From positions 51,373 to 115,372 of the forward strand of contig CAYXNX010000001.1 of NCBI GenBank assembly GCA_964467035.1: DNA of 64,000 bases, given 5' to 3'. Source of the DNA: Candidatus Woesearchaeota archaeon. GTDB lineage: Archaea; Nanobdellota; Nanobdellia; Pacearchaeales; GW2011-AR1. Position numbers and translations under genes: made by a program. Below, piece after piece: positions 19,962-29,892 of the stretch. Every line of letters begins with the position of its first letter. Within the stretch, counting starts at the first letter, position 1. The notes under the pieces were generated by a model. It ran no database searches. It was not told the DNA's origin and saw only the letters and a program-made list of their open reading frames with translations.

Positions 19962-20213
19962 TTATTTTTCTTCGTCTTCTGAATCGTCTTCTGATTCATC
20001 TTCTGAATCGTCTTCTGATTCATCTTCCGAACTGTCGTCTTCCGAATCATCTGAATTATCATCAGAGTCATCGTCTTCTTCTGAATTTTCTGATTCGTCT
20101 TCACTTACTTCGACAGCTTCACTTTCTTCTGCTTCACTTTCTGGAGTTTCATTTAAATCTGCATTTTCAGATTCTCCAGATGTTTGTTCTTGGTTTATTT
20201 GTTCGTCTTCCAT
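19962..20213 (-). CDS. Extremely acidic low-complexity small protein
   Basis: SEDDSEDE repeats; ORF stays open through the repeats. Confidence 0.55.
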   Translation of the reverse strand: MEDEQINQEQTSGESENADLNETPESEAEESEAVEVSEDESENSEEDDDSDDNSDDSEDDSSEDESEDDSEDESEDDSEDEEK

Positions 20214-20321
20214 GTTTGTTAAATATTTTTTTGATTTTTAAATTTATCTTAATCCTAATGAGTGACATCATTTTAGGATTTTTGGGAAGTTTTAAATATT
20301 GTTTATTTTTATTTAAATCAA

Positions 20322-20443
20322 GAGCCCATAGCTCAGTCAGGTTAGAGCGCTGGTCTTATATGGCTACAATTCATTAGGATTGTTGTTCTCTAAGGATGAC
20401 CTAAGAGAGCCAGAGGTCCCCGGTTCGAATCCGGGTGGGCTCA
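20322..20443 (+). tRNA. tRNA-Ile(UAU) with a 47-nt intron at 37/38 (20361-20407)
   Basis: GAGCCCA/TGGGCTC acceptor; CTGGT-CT-TAT-A|intron|A-GCCAG; BHB with central helix CUUA/UAAG and bulges UAU and AGA. Confidence 0.9.
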
Positions 20444-20586
20444 GAATTAAGGGGAACTTCGCGAATCAAAGATTCGCGGCGTGAGGTCCCCGGTTCGAAT
20501 CCGGGTGGGCTCAGAATTAAGGGGAACTTCGCGAATCAAAGATTCGCGGCGTGAGGTCCCCGGTTCGAATCCGGGTGGGCTCAGAA
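20413..20586 (+). repeat. 70-bp tandem repeat of the tRNA-Ile 3' end plus a hairpin (2.5 units)
   Basis: gaggtccccggttcgaatccgggtgggctcagaa at 20413, 20483 and 20553; the spacer carries CGCGAATC-AAA-GATTCGCG. Confidence 0.95.
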
Positions 20587-20590
20587 AAAA

Positions 20591-20983
20591 ATGATAAAAT
20601 TATTCGCAATTACTTTTTTTGGAACATTCATCGTAACTAGAATTATTACAACATTATTCCATGATTTTAATTGCACTAAACTAAAAAAAGACAAATCAAA
20701 AACACTTACAGGAATTATTAGAAAAAAATCAGGCCGAGATATTCCCCATATACATTTTGGATTTTTAATTTTAATCTTAACTTTAATTATTTATTTATTA
20801 AGCAAATTTGAAATAATTTTATTTGCTATTGGCTCAAGTCTTATATTAGATCAATTAATTCCTTGGATAAGTTTAAAATTTAATTTTATTCAAAAAATAG
20901 ACTATTTTAAAATTAAAGGAATTTTGTCCACCATAATCTTGCACATTTTATTTTTTATTTTAATTTTATATTTTTCTAAATAA
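20591..20983 (+). CDS. Membrane protein
   Basis: Hydrophobic segments, PHIHFG and ILDQL motifs. Confidence 0.6.
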   Translation: MIKLFAITFFGTFIVTRIITTLFHDFNCTKLKKDKSKTLTGIIRKKSGRDIPHIHFGFLILILTLIIYLLSKFEIILFAIGSSLILDQLIPWISLKFNFIQKIDYFKIKGILSTIILHILFFILILYFSK

Positions 20984-21023
20984 CTTTCCAAACATTTAAA
21001 TAGAATGTTTATTTTATTCTTTT

Positions 21024-21457
21024 ATGCCAAAGAAAAAGGTTGCAAAAAAGAGTGTGAAGAAAAGTTCTAATAAATCTAACAAAAAAATTGCAAGTAAAAA
21101 GACAAATAAAAAAACAGCCAAATCTTTTAATAAAAAACAGACAGATTCTCAATCAATCTTAGGAGCTTTCATAGCAACTTTTTTCAGTTTAATTGGAGCA
21201 GTAATTTCTTTATTAATCTGGCACAAAAACGAATATGTTGTTTTTTACGCTAAACAATCTTTAATTTTATTTCTCATTGCCTCATTGCATTAGTTTTATC
21301 AATATTTTCCGGATTAGTATTATGGATACCAATCATTGGATGGGGAATCGGCGTAGTTTTACAAATTTTTGTAATCATCCTTTGGGTTTTAACATAGATT
21401 TATTCTTTATCTGGAGAAAAAAGAAAAATTCCTTTTATTAGAGTCTTTATGAGATAA
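21024..21457 (+). pseudogene. DUF4870-like membrane protein with Lys-rich N-tail; frameshifted with an internal stop
   Basis: VVFYAKQSL; after a shift near 21280 the frame continues WIPIIGW...LWVLT*IYSLSGEKRKIPFI. Confidence 0.7.
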
Positions 21458-21647
21458 TTTTTTAAAAATATTAAAGTTAAAATAGTTGTAGGATTAATCA
21501 AAAACCTGAAAAATTTAAAAAATTCTCAAACAATTAAAACTCCCAAAATTTAAAAAGATAGTTAGATTTAAAAACTATTTTGCGATTTATTTTTTAGATG
21601 CTTTGGATAATTCCTCCAGGAATTTTCTAAAAGAAATCAAAGTCTTT

Positions 21648-21720
21648 GCCCCTGTGGTGTAGCGGTCAAGCATAGAGCCCTTTCGAGGCTCTGACCCGGG
21701 TTCGAGTCCCGGCGGGGGCA
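21648..21720 (+). tRNA. tRNA-Glu(UUC)
   Basis: GCCCCTG/CGGGGGC acceptor, GAGCC-CT-TTC-GA-GGCTC anticodon arm, GGGTTCGAGTCCC T arm. Confidence 0.95.
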
Positions 21721-22143
21721 TTTAAAGATAAGGATTGAACAAAGTGAAATCCTTCTTTCTCCGAGAACTTCTGAGAACTCTGCTTGACAATTTCAATGAA
21801 AGGGAAGTTAAATGTTAAGAAACCATAGGGGTCATACAAGTTCGAGTCCGAGCAATTTTGCGAGTGGAGGAAAACAAGGGGTGAATCAAGGCGAGCAGGG
21901 TTGCGAGAAGGCGGGGGCATTTAAAGATAAGGATTGAACAAAGTGAAATCCTTCTTTCTCCGAGAACTTCTGAGAACTCTGCTTGACAATTTCAATGAAA
22001 GGGAAGTTAAATGTTAAGAAACCATAGGGGTCATACAAGTTCGAGTCCGAGCAATTTTGCGAGTGGAGGAAAACAAGGGGTGAATCAAGGCGAGCAGGGT
22101 TGCGAGAAGGCGGGGGCATTTAAAGATAAGGATTGAACAAAGT
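21711..22143 (+). repeat. 199-bp tandem repeat starting at the tRNA-Glu 3' end (2 full units + 35 bp)
   Basis: ggcgggggcatttaaagataaggattgaacaaagt at 21711, 21910 and 22109; units appear identical. Confidence 0.95.
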
Positions 22144-22298
22144 CTGTGCGACCAACGGACATATGTCCCTAGGCTATACACAAAAAACACACCCAAAACT
22201 TTATAAAACAACTTCTCAATTAAATTAAGTAATAAATAGAAAAAACAGATTTTATTATTAATTTGTTAGAGAAATATTAACTATTTCTCACTAAAAAA

Positions 22299-23543
22299 AT
22301 GAACAAGTTTGAACAAATACTAGGAAGAGACAATCCTATCTTAAAATCAATAAAAGATAAGGAATTTGAAATCCCTACAGAAATACAAGAAAAAACAATT
22401 CCTCCAATTTTAGAAGGAAAAGATGTTATAGCTAGTTCTGCAACTGGTTCGGGAAAAACCTTCGCCTTTTCTGTTGGACTAATTAAAAACATTGAAAAAA
22501 ACAAAGGATTGCAAGGTATTGTCCTAACTCCTACAAGAGAATTAGCAGAACAAGTTAAAAAAGAACTATCAAACTTTTCAAAAATAAAAGAATTAAGCGT
22601 TGTAGAAATCTATGGAGGAGTTTCAATAGAACCCCAAATAAAAAGACTAAAAACAGCAGAAATAGTAATTGGAACACCTGGCAGAATTTTAGACCATTTA
22701 CAAAAAAACACACTCAATCTATCAAAAATAAATACTCTTGTTTTAGATGAAGCTGACAGGATGTTAAATATGGGTTTTATAGAAGATGTGAACAAAATCA
22801 TTTCAAAAATACCTAAACAAAAACAAACCCTTTTATTCTCTGCAACACTACCTCCCAGAATAATCAACTTATCAAAAAAATATATGAAAAACCCAATAGA
22901 ACTCTCCGCCCAAACAAATGTAGACCCAAAAAAATTAGAACAGGTTTTTTACGACATATCCCCTGACTTAAAATTCTCTCTTTTAGTCCACTTATTAAAA
23001 CAAGAAAAATCAAAACTTGTAATGATTTTCTGCAATACAAGAAACAATGTAGATTTTTTAGCAAACAATCTAAAACCCTTAGGATTTAACTCTACACCCA
23101 TTCACGGAGGATTTTCCCAAGATAAAAGAACAAAAACCCTAAACAAATTCCACTCCCAAGACACAAATATTTTAATTGCAACAGATGTAGCAGCAAGAGG
23201 ATTGGATATAAAAGAAGTAACCCACATCTACAACTATGACATACCAGCTAATGCTGAAGAATACACTCACAGAATTGGCAGAACAGCTCGTGCAGGAAAA
23301 GAAGGAAAAGTTATAAACATAGTTTCAAAACGAGACTACGACAATTTTAGAAATGTTGAGCCCTTAGAATTTGGAATTAAAGAATTAAAACCCCCTTATA
23401 TTGAAAAAGTTAGTCTAAAATGGATGCCAAAAAAAGATTTTAAAAAAGGATTTTCAAGAAGAAACAACCAAAACAATTCAAAACCCCAAAGAAATAGAAA
23501 TTCTAGAAAAAAATTCCAAAAAAATACAAGACGAAAATATTAA
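22299..23543 (+). CDS. DEAD-box RNA helicase
   Basis: Q motif PTEIQ, ATGSGKT, PTRELA, DEAD, SAT, ARGLD, HRIGRTAR. Confidence 0.95.
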   Translation: MNKFEQILGRDNPILKSIKDKEFEIPTEIQEKTIPPILEGKDVIASSATGSGKTFAFSVGLIKNIEKNKGLQGIVLTPTRELAEQVKKELSNFSKIKELSVVEIYGGVSIEPQIKRLKTAEIVIGTPGRILDHLQKNTLNLSKINTLVLDEADRMLNMGFIEDVNKIISKIPKQKQTLLFSATLPPRIINLSKKYMKNPIELSAQTNVDPKKLEQVFYDISPDLKFSLLVHLLKQEKSKLVMIFCNTRNNVDFLANNLKPLGFNSTPIHGGFSQDKRTKTLNKFHSQDTNILIATDVAARGLDIKEVTHIYNYDIPANAEEYTHRIGRTARAGKEGKVINIVSKRDYDNFRNVEPLEFGIKELKPPYIEKVSLKWMPKKDFKKGFSRRNNQNNSKPQRNRNSRKKFQKNTRRKY

Positions 23544-23567
23544 AAATATCAGATTCTCTAATTAAAT

Positions 23568-24749
23568 ATGAATACAATAAAAAGAGCTGGTTTATCAACA
23601 ATCCTTGCTTTGTCTTCTACATTTTTTCCAGGTTGCCCTCCTTACAGTCCATCCCCTTCACCAACCCCCTCACCAACACCCACCCCAACACCCACAACAG
23701 AAGTTGAAGGGAGAATTGATAATAATAACGAACACCATCCTGCAAATTTTGAAATAGACAACACAGAATATGACTTTTATTTCAATAACCAAGGAAGTTC
23801 AGGAGTTGTAATTAATGACAAAGATAACTGGGACTATTACTTGGGACTTTTCCAAGACCCTTTAGGAAACCCTTCCTATGTCCAACATCCAGAAGGATCA
23901 GCTGTAAAAGTTGAATACTTTGATGAAGACAAAGCAGGAATTTCAATTTATCATTCAAAAATTGATTACTCCAAAGATTTAGAAATCCCAAAACACTATA
24001 TCACAAACCCCAAAAAAAATCTTGAAAAAACAACATCTGAAGACATTTGCGATTCAATCCACGACATAACTAAAAATAAAAAATTATTGAGCAATTTTGC
24101 AGGACTAATTAGTTTATCCGGATGTGTTGCAAGCATTGTCGGAGATACAGCAACATTCCCTTCAGGAGAAGCTCTTTTAGGATGTGCAGCAAGCTATACC
24201 CATAGCAGAGATTTAACAGAAAAACTAGTAGATGGTGCAGAGAAAATAAGCGAAGCTACTTTGGGTTGTGATTTCAGTATTTCATCTCTAAATGATACAT
24301 CTCCTTCTGAAATGCCTCAAGAACCAATCTCTGGAACAGGTTTACCAACAATCAATTGGATTTATAATCCAGACAATAACCACCAATACACAATAGGCTC
24401 TCCAGGAAATTGGCAACAAGCACAAAGAGAAGCAAAAAATTTAGGAGGATACCTAGCAGTAATAAACAATTCTGAAGAAAATCAATGGCTGTTAAATACT
24501 TTTGCAGACACAGATAATGGCTACCCTTCCTTTTGGATAGGATACTCTGATTTGGGCACAGGAGGAATTTGGGAATGGGTAAACAATTCTTCATCAGGTT
24601 ACCAAAACTGGGAATTTGGAGAACCCTCAAACAATTCTCAAGAAAACTGCGCAGTTTGGCAAAATCTATACTCTTACTCAGAAGGAAAATGGAAATCTGT
24701 TGATTGCGATATAGAAAGACCAGGACTTATAGAAAGAGATACAATATAA
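23568..24749 (+). CDS. Putative lipoprotein with Pro/Thr linker and C-terminal C-type lectin domain
   Basis: Signal ending in PGC; (PT)n; W..AQ..A..LGGYLAVIN..EENQW, FWIG, W.W, YQNW..GEP.N...ENCA. Confidence 0.85.
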   Translation: MNTIKRAGLSTILALSSTFFPGCPPYSPSPSPTPSPTPTPTPTTEVEGRIDNNNEHHPANFEIDNTEYDFYFNNQGSSGVVINDKDNWDYYLGLFQDPLGNPSYVQHPEGSAVKVEYFDEDKAGISIYHSKIDYSKDLEIPKHYITNPKKNLEKTTSEDICDSIHDITKNKKLLSNFAGLISLSGCVASIVGDTATFPSGEALLGCAASYTHSRDLTEKLVDGAEKISEATLGCDFSISSLNDTSPSEMPQEPISGTGLPTINWIYNPDNNHQYTIGSPGNWQQAQREAKNLGGYLAVINNSEENQWLLNTFADTDNGYPSFWIGYSDLGTGGIWEWVNNSSSGYQNWEFGEPSNNSQENCAVWQNLYSYSEGKWKSVDCDIERPGLIERDTI

Positions 24750-24783
24750 TCAATCTTAAAAACCCTTAAAATATACTAATTTA

Positions 24784-25131
24784 ATGATAGATTTCGCCTG
24801 CAAAACTTTTAACATAGAAGATGTAATAAAATGTGAACTAAACTTAACAAAAGCAGATTTCAAAATTTTTCTCCATTTTGTTAAAAATAACGAAAAAGAA
24901 TTTGATTCCCAGACACTTGCAAGACAAACAAACTTACAAACAACAACAGCTCAAAAAGCTGTAAAAAAATTACATGAAAAAAATATTATAACTCGTTATC
25001 AAAAAAATTTGCCAAAAGGAGGATATAACTTCACCTATAAATCCCAACAAAAATACAAAATAAGAAAAATTCTTAAACAAATAATTAATGAGTGGACAGA
25101 AAGAGTTTACCAAGAAATCGAAAAATGGTAA
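24784..25131 (+). CDS. TrmB-like winged-helix regulator
   Basis: IEDVIKC..NLTKAD, TTAQKAVKKL, GGYNFTY. Confidence 0.8.
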   Translation: MIDFACKTFNIEDVIKCELNLTKADFKIFLHFVKNNEKEFDSQTLARQTNLQTTTAQKAVKKLHEKNIITRYQKNLPKGGYNFTYKSQQKYKIRKILKQIINEWTERVYQEIEKW

Positions 25132-25682
25132 GAACAATTTACGCAGGAATTGATGAATCAAATCACGGAAAATTCCCAGAAGTTTATGCGATAGCTTTTT
25201 CAAATATACCCTCAGATACTTTAGAAGCTTTAACAGATATTCCAAAATTAAGGAAAAAACAAAAAAGAACATCAGTTTTTGCAAAATTTAACTCTTCAAG
25301 AGATTATTCATTTCTTTTATTAGACAATTTTTATTACAAACAAATAAAAAAACAATTCCACCCCGGTTTAATCACAGCAAGCTTAATGGGAGAAAATTTT
25401 GCAAAAAATTTAGATGCAGAATTAAGACTTTTCATTGACGGAGAAACTTCAAGAACCCAAATAACAAATACAAAATCAATTCTTGAAGAAATTTGCGGTT
25501 TTGACAAAAGACAAATCCATATAAAAGCAGGTCCAAACTTTGATAAAATCTATCCTATTGTAAATTTAGCAGACCAAGTCGCATACCAACTTTACAAAAC
25601 ACCTTTAGAAAACCTGTCCCAAAATTCAAAAAGAAAAGAAATCCTCTACAAATATTTTCCTTTCTATACTAAAACTTTTTAA
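25092..25682 (+). CDS. RNase H-fold protein, divergent RNase HII-like (likely start MVRTIYAG)
   Basis: IYAGIDESNHG, LFIDG, D..YPIVNLAD. Confidence 0.55.
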   Translation: MDRKSLPRNRKMVRTIYAGIDESNHGKFPEVYAIAFSNIPSDTLEALTDIPKLRKKQKRTSVFAKFNSSRDYSFLLLDNFYYKQIKKQFHPGLITASLMGENFAKNLDAELRLFIDGETSRTQITNTKSILEEICGFDKRQIHIKAGPNFDKIYPIVNLADQVAYQLYKTPLENLSQNSKRKEILYKYFPFYTKTF

Positions 25683-25704
25683 ATCAAAAAAGATTAATTA
25701 AATT

Positions 25705-26547
25705 ATGAAAAAAGAGTTTATAATTTTATTTCTAACAATACTCACAGTAAGTTTTACTAGTGCAATATGTTCTTTAGATGCTACTTTGGTTAATCAAGAC
25801 CCTTACCCTGCAATCCCTGGAGAATATGTAGATGTTGTTTTCCAATTAACAGGTTTAGAAAACCCCGAATGCGGTGAAGTAAGTTTTAGGGTAGTTGAAA
25901 ATTTTCCTTTTTCACTTGACGAGGGAACTCAAAATAAAATCACTGTTGAAAGTAGCACCCATACACAAGAATTTAAGCCATTTCTTTTAGCCCCTTACAA
26001 ATTAAAAGTTGATAAAAATTCCTTAGATGGAAAAAACCCAATAAAAGTAAAATATGCAAAAAATGGATTAGATGAAAAGTCCAATTTTCAAGAAAAATTT
26101 AACATAACTATTGAAGATGCAAGAGTTGATTTTGAAATACACATAGAAGACTATTCCCAACAAACAAAAGAACTAACTTTAGAAATATTAAACACAGGAA
26201 AATACGATGTTGAAGCAGTAACTTTAGAAATACCTGAACAAGAAAATATCAAAATAATTGGAAGCAACAGGCAAATAATTGGAGACATATATTCAAATGA
26301 AGATGATAGAGCAATAATAAAAGCAATTACTAAAGAAGGAAAAATAAAATTAGATATTCTTTACATAGATAAAATTGGAGAAAGAAGGAAAGTTCAAAAA
26401 GAAGTTTATTTTAACCCAAAAAATTTTGAACCAATAGAAGAAGAATCAAAACTTAGCCCAACACTTGCTTTAATAATAGGAATCCTAATTCCAATAATCA
26501 TTTACTTTGTCTATAACTGGAACAAAAAAAGAAAAAACAAAAGATAA
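25705..26547 (+). CDS. COG1361-like S-layer-domain surface protein
   Basis: Signal peptide, NQDPYPAIPGEYVDVVF, C-terminal TM and basic tail. Confidence 0.75.
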   Translation: MKKEFIILFLTILTVSFTSAICSLDATLVNQDPYPAIPGEYVDVVFQLTGLENPECGEVSFRVVENFPFSLDEGTQNKITVESSTHTQEFKPFLLAPYKLKVDKNSLDGKNPIKVKYAKNGLDEKSNFQEKFNITIEDARVDFEIHIEDYSQQTKELTLEILNTGKYDVEAVTLEIPEQENIKIIGSNRQIIGDIYSNEDDRAIIKAITKEGKIKLDILYIDKIGERRKVQKEVYFNPKNFEPIEEESKLSPTLALIIGILIPIIIYFVYNWNKKRKNKR

Positions 26548-26577
26548 ACTTAAAAACTATATTTCCAATAATATATA

Positions 26578-27150
26578 ATGGAAAACAACCCAAAAATTCC
26601 TGAAAAAAAGAGCGTTATACTTCTTATTTTCTTATCAGTAATAACTATGGGGATTTATCCTTATATCTGGTATCTAAAAAGAGTTAAAGAATTTAATAAT
26701 TTAGAAACACCAACAAAAGCAAAAAAAGGCATTGCAATATTTGCATTGGCTTTAATAATTTTATTATTATTGTCTGGAATTATAATGAATATTTACATAA
26801 CAATCTCCTCTCAAAAAACAGCTTCAAGTTTCTCTGAAATTCCTGCAACATTTTTAATTTTTTTTGGAACTAATTTCCTATTGTCTATTTTATTAGCAGT
26901 TACAACCTTACTAATGGCGTTTAGATATAAAAAAATCTTAAATGAAGCTTTAGAAAATAAAGAAACTTTTGTAAAAATCTCTTCATTATTCACATTTTTC
27001 TTCCAATTTTTATATCTTCAATATGAAATAAACAGAATCATTGAAGATAAAGAAGAAGATTCTCGTATAGCTCCTTGGGTTTGTTTCGGAATCTTCATAG
27101 GTCTACCAATATTGTTTTCAATAATTGGAGCAATAATCTCTTTAATTTAA
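26578..27150 (+). CDS. DUF4234-like membrane protein
   Basis: LSVITMGIY..IW, YLQYEINR. Confidence 0.65.
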   Translation: MENNPKIPEKKSVILLIFLSVITMGIYPYIWYLKRVKEFNNLETPTKAKKGIAIFALALIILLLLSGIIMNIYITISSQKTASSFSEIPATFLIFFGTNFLLSILLAVTTLLMAFRYKKILNEALENKETFVKISSLFTFFFQFLYLQYEINRIIEDKEEDSRIAPWVCFGIFIGLPILFSIIGAIISLI

Positions 27151-28460
27151 AATGTTTCTTTTTCAGCTTTAACAGAAGTAGGTGCTTCTCCCCCATGCCA
27201 GGTAAATCTTGGCCTAACCCTCATAGGATATAACCTTTCAGAATTATCATCCAAAATCACAGCACTACCTTTTAAATTTGGCAAATCACCAATACTTTTC
27301 TTAATACCTGTCAATAAATAAGACTGCATAATTGAATTCAAGGCTTCCAAATCTGGTTTAGCTGTCAATCTATGAGAAATAATAATATCACTCTGAGTCA
27401 TAACATCTTTATGAATCTCTCCAGGTTGCTGTGTCGCTAAAACCAAAGACAATCCTGGCTGTCTACCTTCTCTTAAAACCTGAACCAAAGAATCAGTTGC
27501 CAAGGTCTTCCCTTGTTTAGGTAAAAACTCATGTGCTTCATCAATAAAAATCCAAACCAAAGGAGTTTCTTTTAAAGATTGAAAAGACAAATAATTAGCT
27601 CCATGCCTAACTGCCTCAACCTCTTCCATTTTCCTTGCCAACATTCTTTTATTAAACAACTTTCTCGACAACAAACCAATAACCATAGCCCGAACATTAA
27701 AAGCCCCAACACTTGAATAAACAGACAAATCAATTACAGAAGTTTCTCCAGGATTAAGTAAATCATCAATATCAGTTCCTTTATCTTCTTTAGACGCAAA
27801 CACTCCCCAAGTTTTAGCAGCTTCAAACAATCCAATCACAGAATTCCTTTCACTTCCCGCTGTCTTCGAATTTTTAACATTTTCAATAATATCATCAATA
27901 TCATACTCCTTCTCCAAAGAATCAAGGTGATATAAAGTTCTCTCAATTAAAGCAGAAGCAGGGTCAACAATACTCATCCCAAACATCAAAATCCAATCTT
28001 GAGCTTTCATATCTCTAACTTTAATAGAAAAGGAAGAATCAACAGGAATACCTTTTTCTTTATAAACTTGAGATTTCCCTATTGGAACAAAAACCTTAAC
28101 AGGTAATTTTTTTGGGCTAAGCTTCCACTCTCCCAACAATAACATATCTTTTTCATTTGCATATTTCATAGTCCAAAAAATCCCCATAGTATCAAAAATC
28201 AGTGGAGCAATATTACTTCTAACATCTACAGGAAGATTTGAAATTTCCTCAGCAACAACTCCTAAAGTATAAGATTTTCCTGAACCTCTTTTTCCAGCAA
28301 TCAGCATTACATGACTCCTCGCTACATCTAAATAAATAGGATTTGACAAACTTGTATAACGCCCCATATGAACATACCCTCTACCAAGATTTATCAACCC
28401 TTTTTTCCCAAAAACTTTTTTGTCTTCATCATCTCTTCCTACAATAATATCATAAGGCAT
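27147..28460 (-). CDS. HerA/DUF87-family P-loop ATPase
   Basis: H..IAGKRGSGKS, IFDTMG, IFIDEAHEF, REGRQPG, ATQQP. Confidence 0.85.
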   Translation of the reverse strand: MPYDIIVGRDDEDKKVFGKKGLINLGRGYVHMGRYTSLSNPIYLDVARSHVMLIAGKRGSGKSYTLGVVAEEISNLPVDVRSNIAPLIFDTMGIFWTMKYANEKDMLLLGEWKLSPKKLPVKVFVPIGKSQVYKEKGIPVDSSFSIKVRDMKAQDWILMFGMSIVDPASALIERTLYHLDSLEKEYDIDDIIENVKNSKTAGSERNSVIGLFEAAKTWGVFASKEDKGTDIDDLLNPGETSVIDLSVYSSVGAFNVRAMVIGLLSRKLFNKRMLARKMEEVEAVRHGANYLSFQSLKETPLVWIFIDEAHEFLPKQGKTLATDSLVQVLREGRQPGLSLVLATQQPGEIHKDVMTQSDIIISHRLTAKPDLEALNSIMQSYLLTGIKKSIGDLPNLKGSAVILDDNSERLYPMRVRPRFTWHGGEAPTSVKAEKETF

Positions 28461-28594
28461 ATAATAACATAAAAAACCAAATATTTAAAATGATTGTTAT
28501 AACCCCAACAAAATCCACAACCCAAAATAAACAAAGATTCATTAAACAATAATAGCACCAAAATATTTTTAAATGGAAATTTATTAAACCATCT

Positions 28595-29497
28595 ATGGAA
28601 GATGAAATAAAAAAAGAGGAAAACCAAACATCAGATAATTTTCCCGAGAATAAAGAACCAAATTCTTTTCCCGAAAATAAAGAACAAAGTTCTCAATCTC
28701 TCCCTCCAAACAAAAAACCAAACCAAAATAATCAATTAACAGATTTCTTAGATAAAATTCCAAAACACAACTGGGCAATTGCAACTTATCTTTTAGCAAT
28801 AATTTCAGTTTTGCTTTTAGTAACTTCAGGAGGAATAACAGGAAAAGCAATATCTAATAATCAAATTGAATCACAAATCGAGGATTTTGTAACAAACCAA
28901 ATGATGCAAGGAATGGATGCAGATGCAAATATTGAAAGCATTACAGAAACAAGCGGACTTTATGTTGTTTCAACAAATATTGGAGGAGATATAGTTCCTT
29001 TATATTTCACTCAAGACGGAAGCTATATAACTCAAGGCAGAGAATTAATGCCAACAGACACTGATTCTTTAAATAATTTAGAACAAAACACAGAAACAAA
29101 CGAAAATTCAGAAGCAGAAGTTGATTGGTCTATTTTTGAAAATAAACTACCTGATAATGTAAAAGAACAAATTTTGAATTCTGAAACAGAAAAACCAACC
29201 CCTACAGATAATGAAAGAGTTGTAGAATTTGAATCATATCAAAAATGCGAAAATAATTTAATTATATTCTATCATCCAGAATGTAGCTGGTGTACAGAAT
29301 ATTTCCCTGTTTTAGAACAAATGCAACAAGAAAATCCAGATATGAATATATACGCTTTACTTTTAAGCGAAAATTCAGAAATTGCTAATAAATACGGAGT
29401 AACTGGAACACCTGCAAGCATAATTGATTGCAAATACTTTGCAAGTGGATATATGGATAAACCAACTTTAGAAAATGTTTTAGAGGAATTTAGATGA
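28595..29497 (+). CDS. Membrane-anchored thioredoxin/DsbA-like protein
   Basis: TM + ITGKAI; CSWC; YGVTGTP. Confidence 0.8.
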   Translation: MEDEIKKEENQTSDNFPENKEPNSFPENKEQSSQSLPPNKKPNQNNQLTDFLDKIPKHNWAIATYLLAIISVLLLVTSGGITGKAISNNQIESQIEDFVTNQMMQGMDADANIESITETSGLYVVSTNIGGDIVPLYFTQDGSYITQGRELMPTDTDSLNNLEQNTETNENSEAEVDWSIFENKLPDNVKEQILNSETEKPTPTDNERVVEFESYQKCENNLIIFYHPECSWCTEYFPVLEQMQQENPDMNIYALLLSENSEIANKYGVTGTPASIIDCKYFASGYMDKPTLENVLEEFR

Positions 29498-29892
29498 AAA
29501 TCTCAGAATTACAACCAGGACAAGGCAAAGTTAATCTTGAAGTAACTGTAACTTCTATGGAAGAACCAAAAACAATTAACAAATATGGAAAAGATTTAAA
29601 ACTTTGCAATGCAAAAGTAACTGACGGAGAATCAGAAATAAAATTAACTCTTTGGAACGACGATGTAGACAAAGTAAAAACTGGCTCAATACTTAAAATT
29701 GAAAATGGATATGTAAATGAATTTCAAGGAGAAAAACAATTAACAACCGGAAAATTTGGAAAACTTGAAATCCTTGATGGCTCTCAAAAAACAGAGGAAA
29801 ATTCAGAGTCACAATCAGAAAACTCTCAAGAATCTGAAGATAATGTTAAAGAAGAAAAAGTTTCTTTTGATGACGAAATTCAAGATTATTAA
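29494..29892 (+). CDS. ssb: Single-stranded DNA-binding protein (single OB fold, acidic tail)
   Basis: MKISELQPG, D.ESEIKLTLW, IENGYVNEFQG..QL..GKFG. Confidence 0.85.
   Translation: MKISELQPGQGKVNLEVTVTSMEEPKTINKYGKDLKLCNAKVTDGESEIKLTLWNDDVDKVKTGSILKIENGYVNEFQGEKQLTTGKFGKLEILDGSQKTEENSESQSENSQESEDNVKEEKVSFDDEIQDY

Noticed and set aside
20413..20586. CRISPR array or split-tRNA 3' halves
   Set aside because: Spacers are identical and the repeat is tRNA sequence; fragments start at position 43 rather than 38 and have no complementary leader.
21711..22143. RNase P RNA, SRP RNA or self-splicing intron
   Set aside because: GAGGAAAA is not followed by the P4 consensus; no CR-V, SRP helix 8, group I P7 or group II domain V motifs found by eye.
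21666..22211. ORFs 21666-21920, 21886-22119 and 22014-22211
   Set aside because: Antisense to tRNA-Glu and the 199-bp repeat; atypical composition.
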